Position numbers and translations under genes: made by a program. Of a stretch of 33,575 nt of DNA, positions 11,640 to 23,527 are shown in pieces (position 1 is the first letter of the stretch; every line of letters starts with the position of its first letter). This stretch comes from Octopus sinensis. Lineage: Eukaryota. The notes under the pieces are model-generated. The model saw nothing but the letters and a program-made list of their open reading frames with translations, did no database searches and was not told where the DNA came from. The stretch covers positions 1-33,575 of the forward strand of contig NW_021832066.1 in NCBI RefSeq assembly GCF_006345805.1, read 5' to 3'.

Positions 11640-13700
11640 CCACATTCATAAACAATATACATATACCCGCTCACACATACATATACATACATACAGAACT
11701 CGATATATACACCAATATATTCACACCCACACCCATACAGATAAATAAATTACACAAACAATCACACACACACACACATTCACACATACATAAACACTCA
11801 AAAGAAAAACAAACAATTCTTTGCGCGTGGTGATCGAACGTTTTTTTTTTAATTATGAATGGAATAGAATGGAATAATATTTTAATCAACGTAAATAGAC
11901 AGAATTTACTCCAAAATCATTAATAAACCAACCATGATAAATGAAACCTATATATACATATAATGATAAAACTCCCTTTACCATACACAATAATACCTAT
12001 ATAGCAATCCCCATATATACATTCACACACAAATACACATACTTAAAACACACACTCACAACATATACATATACCCACCCACATATACATATACATACGT
12101 ACAAAACTCGATATATACAACAATATATTCACACCCACACAGATAAATAAATTACACAAACAAATACACACACACACACATTCACACATACATAAACACT
12201 CAAAAGAAAAACAACATTTCTACACATAATACGATATATAAAATACTCCATAAGTAACCAGATTATCATAAGTAACAAGATTAACATAAGGAGAAAAAAA
12301 TACATACCTTCTAATCAGTTTTAATTTATGAAGTGAATTTAAACTCTAGCCATTATAACGTTAAACAAAATTACGTTACCATAGAAACCGAACATATTTA
12401 TAAAAATTCTTTGTGCTTGGTGAACGAACGTTATTTAAAATTATGAATGGAATAGAATGGAATTATAAAATTCTTTGCGCGTGGTGAACGAACGTTATTT
12501 AAAAATTATGAATGGAATACATGGAATAATATGTTAATCAACTTAAATAGACAGAATTTACTACAAATTCTTTAATAAAACAACCATGATAAACGAAAAC
12601 TCATATATACATATAATGATAAAACCTCCCTTTATTAAACACTATAACATACCTATATAGCAATCCCCCTAATGATACATTCACACACAAATACACACAC
12701 GTAAAACACACACCCACTACATATACATATACCCACTCCACTCACACATACATATACATACGTACAAAACTCGATATATACACCAAAATATTCACTCCCA
12801 CACCCATACAGATAAATAAATATATATATCCATAAAAATGGGTGCAATCTCATGCACATCAATCATGCATGTATACAAGTGCATACACAAGCACACACTT
12901 TTACATAGCAATCATGCACTCCCACATCTACACATGCACTTATACACGCGCACACATGCACACACACCCATGCACATGCATATTCACGGACACTCTCCTA
13001 GACATCTAAATATACGTATAAATGGCTACAAAAGAATACCCAATAAAAAAACTACCATGAACAACAAACCAAGCTATAATGCATGGGGACTAAAAATACT
13101 AAAAAATTCTTAATAAAATAATCATGATAAATGATATCCATACATACAAATATAAAGATAAAACCCCCTTACCAAAAACACAATACACACAAATACACAC
13201 ACATATATACACACACCCACAGACATAACCATATACACACTCACACATACATATACATACGTACAAAACTCGATATATACACCAATATATTCATTCCCAC
13301 ACTCAATAAATTATTAAATAAATACATATAGAAACATAAATATATATATATATAAAATATATATATATATATACATTCACACATATCATCACATACACAT
13401 ATATATAAAATACACTCTTTCAAAAAAGTAAATAAATATTAATATATGTATATATGAGTGTGTACACGCAGACGGGTGCAATCACATGCACATTCAAAAC
13501 ATGCATGTATACAAGTGCATAAATAATCACACTCAATTACATAGCACTCATACACTCCCACATCTACACTTGCACTTGTACACACGCACACATGCATACA
13601 CACCCATACCTACATATTCACGGACAATCTCCTAAATATCTATAAAAACGTATAGTGCAACAAACAATACCCAAATAAAACTGCCCTATTCACTACCAAA
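11640..13700. repeat. Mosaic of internally duplicated blocks in the PLE 3' region
   Basis: AACTCGATATATACA.CAA.ATATTCA occurs near 11696, 12104, 12767 and 13266. ATTCTTTG.GC.TGGTGA.CGAACGTT occurs near 11816, 12406 and 12469. GGGTGCAATC.CATGCACAT occurs near 12840 and 13474. Confidence 0.85.
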
Positions 13701-14103
13701 TAAATACAAATACATAAAATCGATAAGTAGGTATTGTCAAACATACAGTACAACCCAAAAACATATATATACACCACTAAATACGCCCAATCATCCATAA
13801 TAATATATATTATCCCCATATATACATATAACATATACATAATAAAATAAATAAATAAATAAGTAAATAAAATAAAATAAAATAAATCTAATATAAATAA
13901 ATAAAGTTTTAACTTACCAAACTCAATATTCCATAAACTGTTATATATTAATACACATTAAAAATAAATTAATTAAAACAAAGAAATACCAATTAAAGAC
14001 TAACTATAATTAAAGCCTAAACTATATAACTAAAAATATATATGGTACTCTAAACTAAAATTAATATTAAACTAAAGTAACCTTTAATAGGGAGCTATTA
14101 ATG

Positions 14104-16555
14104 TTATTTATCATGAAACTTATTATATAGGTAAAGTAACCTATGTCTGCATTTTATTTTGCGCTCTTCACCTGTATAAGTAAATTATCATACTTATAAA
14201 ATAAAATTTTTTAACTCATTAGAACATAAAATAACAACACAATTCGCTCCTATAGTATAAGATTTAGTTTACAAATTATTTCCCAAGTTAAACTATAATT
14301 AATATTTTGTGATTTAAGTCTCCCAATGTACTTATAAGTCCAGTGAGGATTAAGTTTTTATTTTAAAAGAATTCATATGTATGTGATGTGAGATTTCAAT
14401 ATTTTTAGAGGAAGTAGGACCCTATATAAACCGTTTTGGGTAATTATTATTCTTAAAGTTATTATCATGTAATGTAACTACCATCGTTAATATCACATTT
14501 ATTATTTTATTTTACATTTAGATTTATCTCTACAAGTACAATTAATATGTCTTATCTTTATTATTATTATTATCAAATAATTTATTTTTATAAAAATTAT
14601 TCAGTTTAAATTTATTAAATGAAGAAATAATGTTACCTACATTATTAGTGGTGGAATAACCTACTCCAAAATTATTACTAGAGAAAATGTTTTTATATTT
14701 ACGATTATCTCTAATAAATAGTTCTATAATATCTAAAATCTCTTTGATAATATTCGTTTTTACTTGATCACCATAAGGAACTATTAAACAAATTTTATTC
14801 TTATTTACCTTATTATAATTGTCATTATTATAATTATTATATTTATAATTCTTTATCTTATTAAAAATATTATCAGAATTATATCTATGTACAGCATTTA
14901 AGGAATTATTAACATTATTAATTTTATCAATATTATTATTATTATTATTATTAATTTTATTTCTATTTTTATTATTCTTATTTTTATTTTTATTTTAATT
15001 TTTATTTTTATTATTTTTATTTTTATAATTTCTAATATTTTTACCACTAATACTAACAAAATTATAATTATTATTATTATAATATCTCGAAAATTATTAG
15101 TTAATCTTTATTATATAATATTATAAAATTTAATATTCCTATTATAACCTGCCCCTCTAGGGCCTCCTCATTATATAAGTAGCATGTTTATCAAAAATCT
15201 CTATATCATAAGAGAGTAATGAAATATGTTTACTTAATTATTAATCAACGATTTTTTAATAGAATGGGGGTGATTACTATTAACATTTATATATCTAAGG
15301 TTCTCATAATTTTATGATATGGTTGTGTTTTACCTGTAATTAGATTAAAATTAACATATAAATAATTAACATTATAATTCTCCTTATATATAGTAATACT
15401 TAAACCATATCTTTTAAAGAAACTATATAGTTTTTCTTATATACTTCTAGATTCCTATTAGTACAATTCTTTGTAATTAGTAGAAGATCATCTCTATATA
15501 AGCCACCCTCTATCTTAAGATTTTCTAATTGGAGTTCAGATAAAGAAAAATACCTACTAAATCAGTAGCTTGTGCAGAATCTGGTGCTCCCATAGGTATA
15601 TCAAAACAATCTCTAGTATCATTCCTAGCCCATAATTTATTTTTCTATTTAATGAGCGATTTCCTAGCCATTTTAATTACATTAACTTCTTCAAGTGACA
15701 TTCCCACTTATTCATTGCGAAAATAAATGCTTTATTAAACACAATTTCATTAAAGAAGAATAATAATTATCTATACTATTTGAATAAATTTATAACGATT
15801 TTTATCTTTAATATTATTAAACCATTCAATGTATTGTTATTACTAAACCATAATTTAAATAATTAAGTTATTTAATTTATTGATATTTATCTAATATAAT
15901 TTACTTAATTTACCTAGGTCAGATTTACATGGGCAATTTAATCTAACTTTAGGGTCTGAATAAAAATTATCTTTATGGTTCTTTAAGAGTAATTCTGGGG
16001 TGCAAAGGTACATAGGTTCAGTTTTATTATCCAATTCATATTTTAATTACTAATTTAGAGGCCTTATTAATATTATAAAGTATATCATCTGGAACAATTT
16101 TATATTTTTTAATTATTTCTTTCCCTAAGATATTATCATATATTTAACATCTAATTATATAGATTCCTAGTTTATCAGATTGTACTATAATACCATCCAT
16201 ATTTCTCATATCTTTAATTTTAATTGCTAAGTTTCTTAAATATTCATTATTTCTATTTGGGTATTTATGGAATTCAATATTTTTTACTACCTTCCATATA
16301 TTATCTTCTAGTAATTGTAATTCTTTATTAAATGGAGGTTCCTTTCTAGATTTAATTTAGAGGTAAAATTATCATTCCTACTATCATTATCATTAAATAA
16401 ATAAAAATTATAGTAATAAGCTTTCCATTTAATTCTAGAAATAAAACCTTTAACATTATTAATAAGTTTCAAAATAAATTCCTTTCTAGAAGGTATAGGA
16501 ATATCTTTCAAAGATGAATCCCAAATAGCGGTTCTATCTTACCTGTAAATTCCAT
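14104..16555 (-). pseudogene. Disrupted Penelope-like RT/GIY-YIG ORF
   Basis: N-terminus SLKDIPIPSRKEFILKL...ISRIKWKAY. RT motifs FDIPMGAPDSAQATDLVG (MGAP 15593-15582) and GGLYRDDLL (YRDD 15498-15487). Then VPYGDQVKTNI, linker CTCRDKSKC..C, YIGST, LTWEII, LCSNE and KCRHR. Many indels; ATG at 16555 is the presumed start. Confidence 0.88.
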
Positions 16556-16665
16556 AATTTACGAAATTGAGGTATTACACTCAATATACAAAATTATCAA
16601 TATATTAAATAATAATAAATATTAGGGAATAAATCCAATTTTACAGGGAAAAAATCAGATTTAGG

Positions 16666-16707
16666 ATATATATATATATATCATATTATATATATTCATA
16701 TAGATTC

Positions 16708-16765
<58 letters not shown>

Positions 16766-16793
16766 TATATATATATTCATATATATATATATA

Positions 16794-16841
<48 letters not shown>

Positions 16842-17034
16842 TATATTCATATATAATATTCATATATATATATTCATATATATATATTCATATATATATA
16901 TATATATTCATATATATATATATATGAATATATATATATATATTCACATATATAATATAGTCATATTATATATCATATAATATATATATATATATATATA
17001 TCTATATATATATATATATATTCATATATATATC

Positions 17035-17071
<37 letters not shown>

Positions 17072-17626
17072 TCATATGTATATATTATATATATATCTTC
17101 ATATATATAATATATTCATCTATATATATTATATGTATATATTCATATATATATCTTCATATATATATATTCATCTATATATATTCATATATATATTCAT
17201 ATATATCTCTTCATATATATAATATAATCTATATATTATTCCATATATATATTCATATATATATCTTCATATATATATATATTCATCTATATATATTCAT
17301 ATATATATATATTCATATATATATATATATATATTCATATATATATATATTCATATATATCATATATATTATATATATATATATAATATTCATATTATAT
17401 ATTTATATTCATATATATATTTATATTCATATATATATTATATTATATTCATATATATATTTATATTCATATATATATTTATATCATATATATATTTATA
17501 TTCATATATATATTTGTATTCATATATATATTTATATTCATATATATATATATATCATATATATATTTTGTTCATATATATATTTATATTCATATATATA
17601 TATATATTCATATATATATATATATT

Positions 17627-17689
<63 letters not shown>

Positions 17690-17715
17690 TAATATATAAT
17701 ATATATATGTATATA
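16666..17715. repeat. Compound satellite [TTCA(TA)n]m
   Basis: Directly visible. Confidence 0.97.
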
Positions 17716-17870
17716 GGGAGAATTCACAAAAAAAGAACAAATGACGAAGACAGGTGGTATAGACAACAAATAGATGTATTAGTCTTTAACGTTTCTAGCC
17801 TACGCTCTTCCACAGAAAGGAACACAGAAAGAAACAAGGAGAGAAAATAAAGAATGTGTAGTGGCTAGTG
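17716..17870 (-). mobile_element. Short dispersed repeat abutting (TA)n with a hammerhead-like motif; homologous to 33400-33575
   Basis: The reverse complement contains CTTTCTGTGGAAGAGCGTAGGCTAGAAACGTTAAAGACT and CCACCTGTCTTCGTC, matching the copy at the window end. Confidence 0.7.
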
Positions 17871-17874
17871 ATTA

Positions 17875-18325
17875 TCCATCATTGTTTACCTTGACCAAGG
17901 ACATCATATGATAGAAGAAGATGGGGCATGGTGTGTTTGGCTGTAGCCAATCAATCTGATGCATGCTCAGAAATCACTGCTGCAAGTTGGACATTGTTGG
18001 TCTGTTGGGACTGAAGGCAAAAAGTTGGCTCTGAACTTGCATAGTATGCATTTTCTATGTACCCCTGCAAACCTACTTGTTGAAGGTACATCTTCACCAG
18101 ACAGAGTGGTCTTGTGCTTGCATTTCCCAGGTGTCAGGGTTGATCTCAAAGCTCTTCAGTGAAGCTTTGAATGTGTCCTTGAAACACTTAGTCTGTCCAC
18201 CTTGTATGTTCTTGCCTTAAAACAGTCTCTTGGGGAGGGGAGTCTTGTGTCAGGCATATGAACAAGGTGGTTACCCACCTGACATATGCTCTCCTCAGCA
18301 GTGTGTGAAGGCTTGGTAGATCAGC
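17875..18325 (-). mobile_element. Degenerate 3' fragment of a second RTE-type LINE with a C2H2 finger remnant
   Basis: The minus strand translates to GGQTKCFKDTFKASLKSFEINPDTWEMQAQDHSVW* and CPTCSSDF*ACIRLIGYSQTH, resembling RTE C-termini. Confidence 0.75.
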
Positions 18326-18329
18326 TTAT

Positions 18330-19348
18330 ACATGATGTCATACCCAATGACTGGTGTAGCAGTATCATAGTGTTACAAGAGCAAAGGAGATGCTAAGAGA
18401 GAATTAAATACAGGAGTATCAAATTACTGGACAAGGTCATAAAAGTTACAGAAAGTGTTATAGTTCAATTGTTCAGGGAGAGATTTAGCATGGATGAAAT
18501 GCAGTTTGGTTTTGTGCCAGAAAGAAATATTACTGATGTTCTCTCTTGGTGAACATCAGACAACTGCAGAAGTATTTAGCTAAAACTAAGTTGTTGCACA
18601 TATCAATTGTTGACCTGAAGATAGACTTTAATGTGGATCTTCACTCTGTGGTACTAGAGGTTGCTAAGAAAGCTAAGATTAGACAAATACAAACCATGTT
18701 CATAGGTGAGACTTAGTAACAATAACATCAATGAACTCGTGTCTAGGTAGAGGTCCACAAAAGACTCAGTTTTCAGTCCCCTTCTATTCGTCAGAGTTCT
18801 TCAGGCTATAACAGCAGAGTTTGAGATTGAATACCCATAGAAAATTCTATGTGCTGATGGCCTCATTCTTATAGCAGAATTAGAAAAGACTTTTAAAGTG
18901 TGGAAGTAAAACTTAGATTCAAAGGGTCCCAAAGTTAACCTAGCAATGACTAAAATTTTAGTGAGTAGGAAAACAGACTCAACATCCATGTTGACATGTA
19001 GAAAAGATGTAAGTAGAAATTCCAAATGTTCCCAATGCAAACAATGAACACACAAGAGTTGAAGTAGAATCACAGGCAGGTTAACAGAGAACATACACTC
19101 AGTATGTGGTAGTTGCAGAGGAGCAATAAACACTAAGAGCAAATGGGAAAAAAATTTTGAAAATGCTCTGGAGGTTTGCTAGAAGTAGTAGATAGCTCCT
19201 TTTACGTAGTTGAGCTAATTAACAGTGGAAGTGGATATTCTGAATGTAAAGTAGCTTGGGTAAGAGAAGGTTGGATAAAGTTCAGAGAGCTGATGTTTTG
19301 TTGGTAACAAAAGATTTCTCTCTAAGAGCAAAAGGGCAGACTATATGA
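18330..19348 (+). mobile_element. Old degenerate RT fragment related to the RTE at 3260-6776
   Basis: Aligns by eye to ~4900-5980: GTCATACCCAATGACTGGTG, GATGAAATGCAGTTTGGTTTTGT, TATGTGCTGATGG (YADD relic) and zinc-finger remnant; many stops. Confidence 0.88.
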
Positions 19349-19575
19349 GCATAATGTATTTGCACTCACAGCTGAGCCTTTCACCCAATTTGTCCCTGCC
19401 AAGCCTTCCCTCCTCCTCATCTAGCATTCATCCCTCCTCCATGCTTCTATTGTATTATTGTGTCTGCAGTAATAATTAAATGAAAGCAGAACTACACATT
19501 TCATAATCTTTTTCTGTGCTACCAGTTATCTCTTCTCCTTTCCAGAATCACTTCCTTTTGACAACCATCCATCTT

Positions 19576-19870
19576 CATCATCATCATCAGCAGCAGCATC
19601 ATTTAATGTCTGTTTTCCATGTTGGCATGAGTTGGACAGTTTGAAAGGAGCTGACAAGGTTGAGAGTTGCAACAAGTCCGATTGTCTGTTTTGGTATGGT
19701 TTCTACCGCTGGTTTCTTCCTAACACCAATCACTTTATAGAGTGTACTGGGTACTTTTTATGTGGAACCAGTACTAGTGCTCTTTATGTGGCACTATCAC
19801 TAGTGCTTTTTATGTGGCACTGTCATAAGTGCTTTTTATATGTCAGTGCTTTTTACATGGCATCAGCACC
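19576..19870 (-). mobile_element. Non-coding element made of the RTE 3' tail (SINE-like or truncated LINE)
   Basis: (CAT)n followed by TTTAATGTCTGTTTTCCATGTTGGCATG...GGTTTCTAC...CTTCCTAACACCAATCAC, the reverse complement of 6580-6776. Confidence 0.8.
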
Positions 19871-20133
19871 GACAGAGTCACCAAGTACCTTACAAGACAA
19901 AAACTCCTCGACTGGATGGGAAAGTAGTATTGAGTGGGTGTAGCTTTGTGCCAGTTAAGATCAGCCTTAATATTGTCCCTCCCCACTTATATTTACATTG
20001 ATTACCCATTCTATGCTATTTATCTATCCTTCTCCCCTGAACCAATTCCTTTTGATAGAAAAGGTATCAGGCCATAGAAAATTTGTCTCAACAAGTTGTA
20101 TTTGATCCATGCAAGCATGGTAAAGTAGATATC

Positions 20134-20417
20134 AGCCTTGTGAGTGGATTTGGTAGATGGAAACTGAAAGAAGCTTGTCATGTGTGTGTGTGTGTGTCTT
20201 TGTGTTTATGTTTGTTCTTCACCACCACTTGACAACTGATGCTGGTGTGTTTATGTCCCTATAACTAAGCAGTATGGCAAAAGAGACCAATAGAATAAGT
20301 ATCAAGCTTTAAAAAAATAAGTACTGGGGTCAATTCATTCAACTAAAAATTTTTCAAGGCATTGCCCCAGCATGGCCATAGTCTAATGATTGAAACAAGT
20401 GAAAGATAAGATAAAAG
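20134..20417 (+). mobile_element. 5'-truncated SINE family 1 copy, preceded by a degenerate RTE-tail fragment (~20060-20133)
   Basis: AGCCTTGTGAGTGGATTTGGTAGA...TAGAATAAGTA...CCAGCATGGCC...GAAACAAG matches 28821-29234. Confidence 0.85.
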
Positions 20418-21899
20418 CTATATGGTGTGTGTGGTGGGGGAGTGAGTATGTGTGTGTACCTTTTAGCATAAAAGGAATTGTAACAATTTTCTTTTGTTAT
20501 TTTGTCTTGCTTATGAAATAAAGCAAATCCAATAACATATCTCTCCTATTTCTATTTTTCAATAATGCCCAAAGCAATACATAAATAAAATGGTTCTATT
20601 TCACTTCCAGCACATCTTTATACAAATTTCATTTTGCATTGTCTTTTATGTATCAAAATTGAATCTTGAAATTACTTCTTTGATATTTTTAAAAATCTGT
20701 GGAGTAATTTTTATTGAATTTTATGCTCTTTTTTCTTCTTTTCTAAATTCTTTAGAATTCAAGATTAAAAAGAACAGAAAACAAAAGGGAAAACATTTAT
20801 GAGTGTTTGTATATGGTTGAATGACAGCCATAGGATGTATTAAGTAGTTTAACTAGAGAAAGGGCCAAATATTGATTTTGACTAACTTTGGTTTGCTAAA
20901 AGCAAAACAAAAGCTAAATAATAAAAGATAAAACAAAAATTGCTATTTCCGAGTTGGATATATAACTTCTTTTCTAAAATCTGTAAAGGAAAACTATGAA
21001 ACTATTTGGAAAATGCCCAATGAATATTGGATTGAATTCAAACCATAGATACAAAATTCGATGACCTCATTTAGAATTGGACATATGCCTCTTGGAGAAC
21101 AGGCTGCCAAATCCTGAATTTTTCAACATATTATCAAGCTGTATAAATCTATTTAACTTATTGTTTTAATTTTTTTTTCAAGTAAAAACAAAATATAACA
21201 AGAGAAAATAAAAATCATCTTAAGAACTCTACAAGTATAATTACATTGGAAAAACTTTAATGGGGAAAATGTAAAGTAAGACATATCCTGTAGGGTTTTT
21301 ATGTACATAATATAGTGAGTTGAAAAACTTCTATTATCTTTGAAATTAGTAGACAAAAACTTTCTGTAGAGGCATTTAAAATTTGAAAACAACAATCACG
21401 GGAGATAATGCCAATGATATCAGCAAAATTTGGGGAAAATAAAGGCAATAAAAACAGGAGTAAACCATGTCTTTAAAAGAAGTGGTGAAAGCAATGGATC
21501 TGTTCCAATTTTATTAAATATCCCCAGTGAAACATCTTCTATTCTGCTGACACTTCTTGAGGCACTTTTTGCCTCCAAATCTCAAGGACAATCTCAGTTA
21601 ATTGTTTTTCAACTCACTGGGATACATAAGTGAAACCCAGCATATGTATTTATGGTTTATTAGAATAATTTTTGAGGTATTTTCTTCACCCCTTGTTGTT
21701 GATATTCATAATTAACACTACTACAATCTTTGTTTTTATTTATAATTATCATCTCTAACTCTTACTAACTATATCTTCATTATAAAGAAATTGATGATTA
21801 ATTTTAGTGAATTAATAATCAATTTGTAGACTTTACTTCAAACATGGCCTGAATGGTTCTCACAAGATCCATTTGTATTTTAGTCTAATTAAAATATTA

Positions 21900-21918
21900 A
21901 CTACTGCTGCTGCTGCTG

Positions 21919-21955
<37 letters not shown>

Positions 21956-22257
21956 AACATCATCATCATCATCATCATCAACAAGAACAACAACAAAAGT
22001 TAATGTCCATTTCCCATGCTGGCATGCACTAGACAGCTTGATGGGAGCTGGCAAAGTCAGGGTCTGCAATAGGTTCCATTATTTGTTTTGGCTTGGTTTC
22101 TACAGCTGGTTGCCTTCCTTAATGCTAACCATTCCACAGAATGTACTAGGTGCTTTGTACGTGGCATCATCATCAATGCTTTTTAAGTAGCACCATCACC
22201 AGTGATTTTTGAGTGGTACCATCACTAGTGCTTTTTAAATGGCACCAGTGTCAGTGC
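21900..22257 (-). mobile_element. RTE-tail element with an expanded compound trinucleotide tail (CTG/CTA/CAT/CAA)
   Basis: GTTAATGTCCATTTCCCATGCTGGCATG and GGTTTCTACAGCTGGTTGCCTTCCTTAATGCTAACCA match the reverse complement of 6610-6750. Confidence 0.8.
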
Positions 22258-23024
22258 TTAGACAGAAAAGCAGTTCAGTATGATTGGATGCCCTTCTTAT
22301 TCTCAGTCAATTCATCATGAAGTGAATAATAGTTTTTCGTTTGAAGTAAACTTTTTGTTGAGAAACAAAGGATGGCACGTTTTTTGAGTTGTAACTCTTC
22401 AGTTTGTGGCTGGACATTTCTCCTGCTTTGTAAAAGCATTTCTTCCTATGAAAACATCAACATAAGATAAAACAAACCCATATGTTTTGAGTAAGGGAGA
22501 CTTTTTGCTTCAGTGATTGATAATGTCCTCTGGTCAGAGTAACTAGAGAACCAAAGTAATATCTTTAAAATGAAGGAAGAAGGAAAGAACTGAAGGCTGT
22601 TAGAAAGCTGTGCAACCTGTGAGGTTGCACAGGACAAAAAGGAGGAGATGGGAAGGAGGATGAGAAGGAAGAATTATATGAGTCAATACAATTATGTATT
22701 TTACCTTTGAATATTATTGAATACCTCTCAGTTAATGAATTACTTCATCTTTTCATGAGCTACAATAGGGTGCAATGCTGGTGATTAACTCCATTTTCAA
22801 GAAGCATTTTAGTCTCTTCATTTTAAACAGAGGAGACAAAATGCCTTCTCATGATAAAACATATATCTTCTTTCTGGAAAGGTGTGATATGCACTGACAT
22901 GACATTTACAATTCTCGATTGATTAATGCTCACCTCATTAAATATGGCAGCCTGCACACAATTATATGTTCTCCCTGCAGAAGGCAACCGTGGGAAATTT
23001 TCCAATGATAAAATGTAAGCCATA

Positions 23025-23165
23025 GGCACAGGAGTGACTACGTGGTGAGTAGCTTGCTTACCAACCACATGTGTGGCACCTAGGGCAAGTGTCTTCTACT
23101 ATAGCCTTGGGCTGACCAAAACCTTGTGAGTGGATTTGGTAGACAGAAACTGAAAGAAGCCCATC

Positions 23166-23217
<52 letters not shown>

Positions 23218-23527
23218 CTGACTGGGCCTGATGAAGCCTTCCGGCTTCGCAGACCCCAGTTAAACCGTCCAACCCATGCTAGCATGGAAAACGGACGCTA
23301 AATGATGATGATGATGATTTGTTTGTGTGTCTGTGATCCCCCCCATCGCTTGACTATCTATGTTAGTGTGTTTACATCCCCATAACTTAGCAGTTTGGCA
23401 AAAGAGGCTGATAGAATAAGTACTAGGCTTACAAAGAATAAGTCCTGGGGTCGATTTGTTCAACTAAAGGCAGTACTCCAGCATGGCTGCAGTCAAATGA
23501 CTGAAACAAATAAAAGAATAAAAGAAT
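23025..23527 (+). mobile_element. SINE family 1 copy with B-box deletion and nested insertion
   Basis: Matches 28821-29234 but lacks the GATTCCGGGTTCAGTCCCACT segment; (AATAAAAG)n tail. Confidence 0.88.
23215..23318 (+). mobile_element. 5'-truncated RTE 3' tail inserted in the SINE's internal (TA)n
   Basis: AACCGTCCAACCCATGCTAGCATGGAAAACGGACGCTAAA(TGA)n matches 6710-6776. Confidence 0.88.

Larger units (their letters stand above)
11089..16665 (-). mobile_element. Penelope-like element (PLE): RT + C-terminal GIY-YIG, long 3' region, terminal hammerhead
   Basis: ORF remnant 16555-14104 and hammerhead at 11223-11180 on the same strand, with (TA)n at both ends. Treating 11225-14100 as part of the element is an inference. 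Confidence 0.8.

Noticed and set aside
16537-16546. CAG|GTAAGA splice-donor-like site near the PLE start (minus strand)
   Set aside because: There is no room for an intron before the conserved SLKDIPIP motif; a single frameshift explains the sequence.
23228-23255. CTGATGA followed by a hairpin (AAGCC-TTCC-GGCTT), resembling a hammerhead
   Set aside because: No GAAA follows the stem, and the region aligns to the RTE tail at 6676-6700, which lacks the motif.
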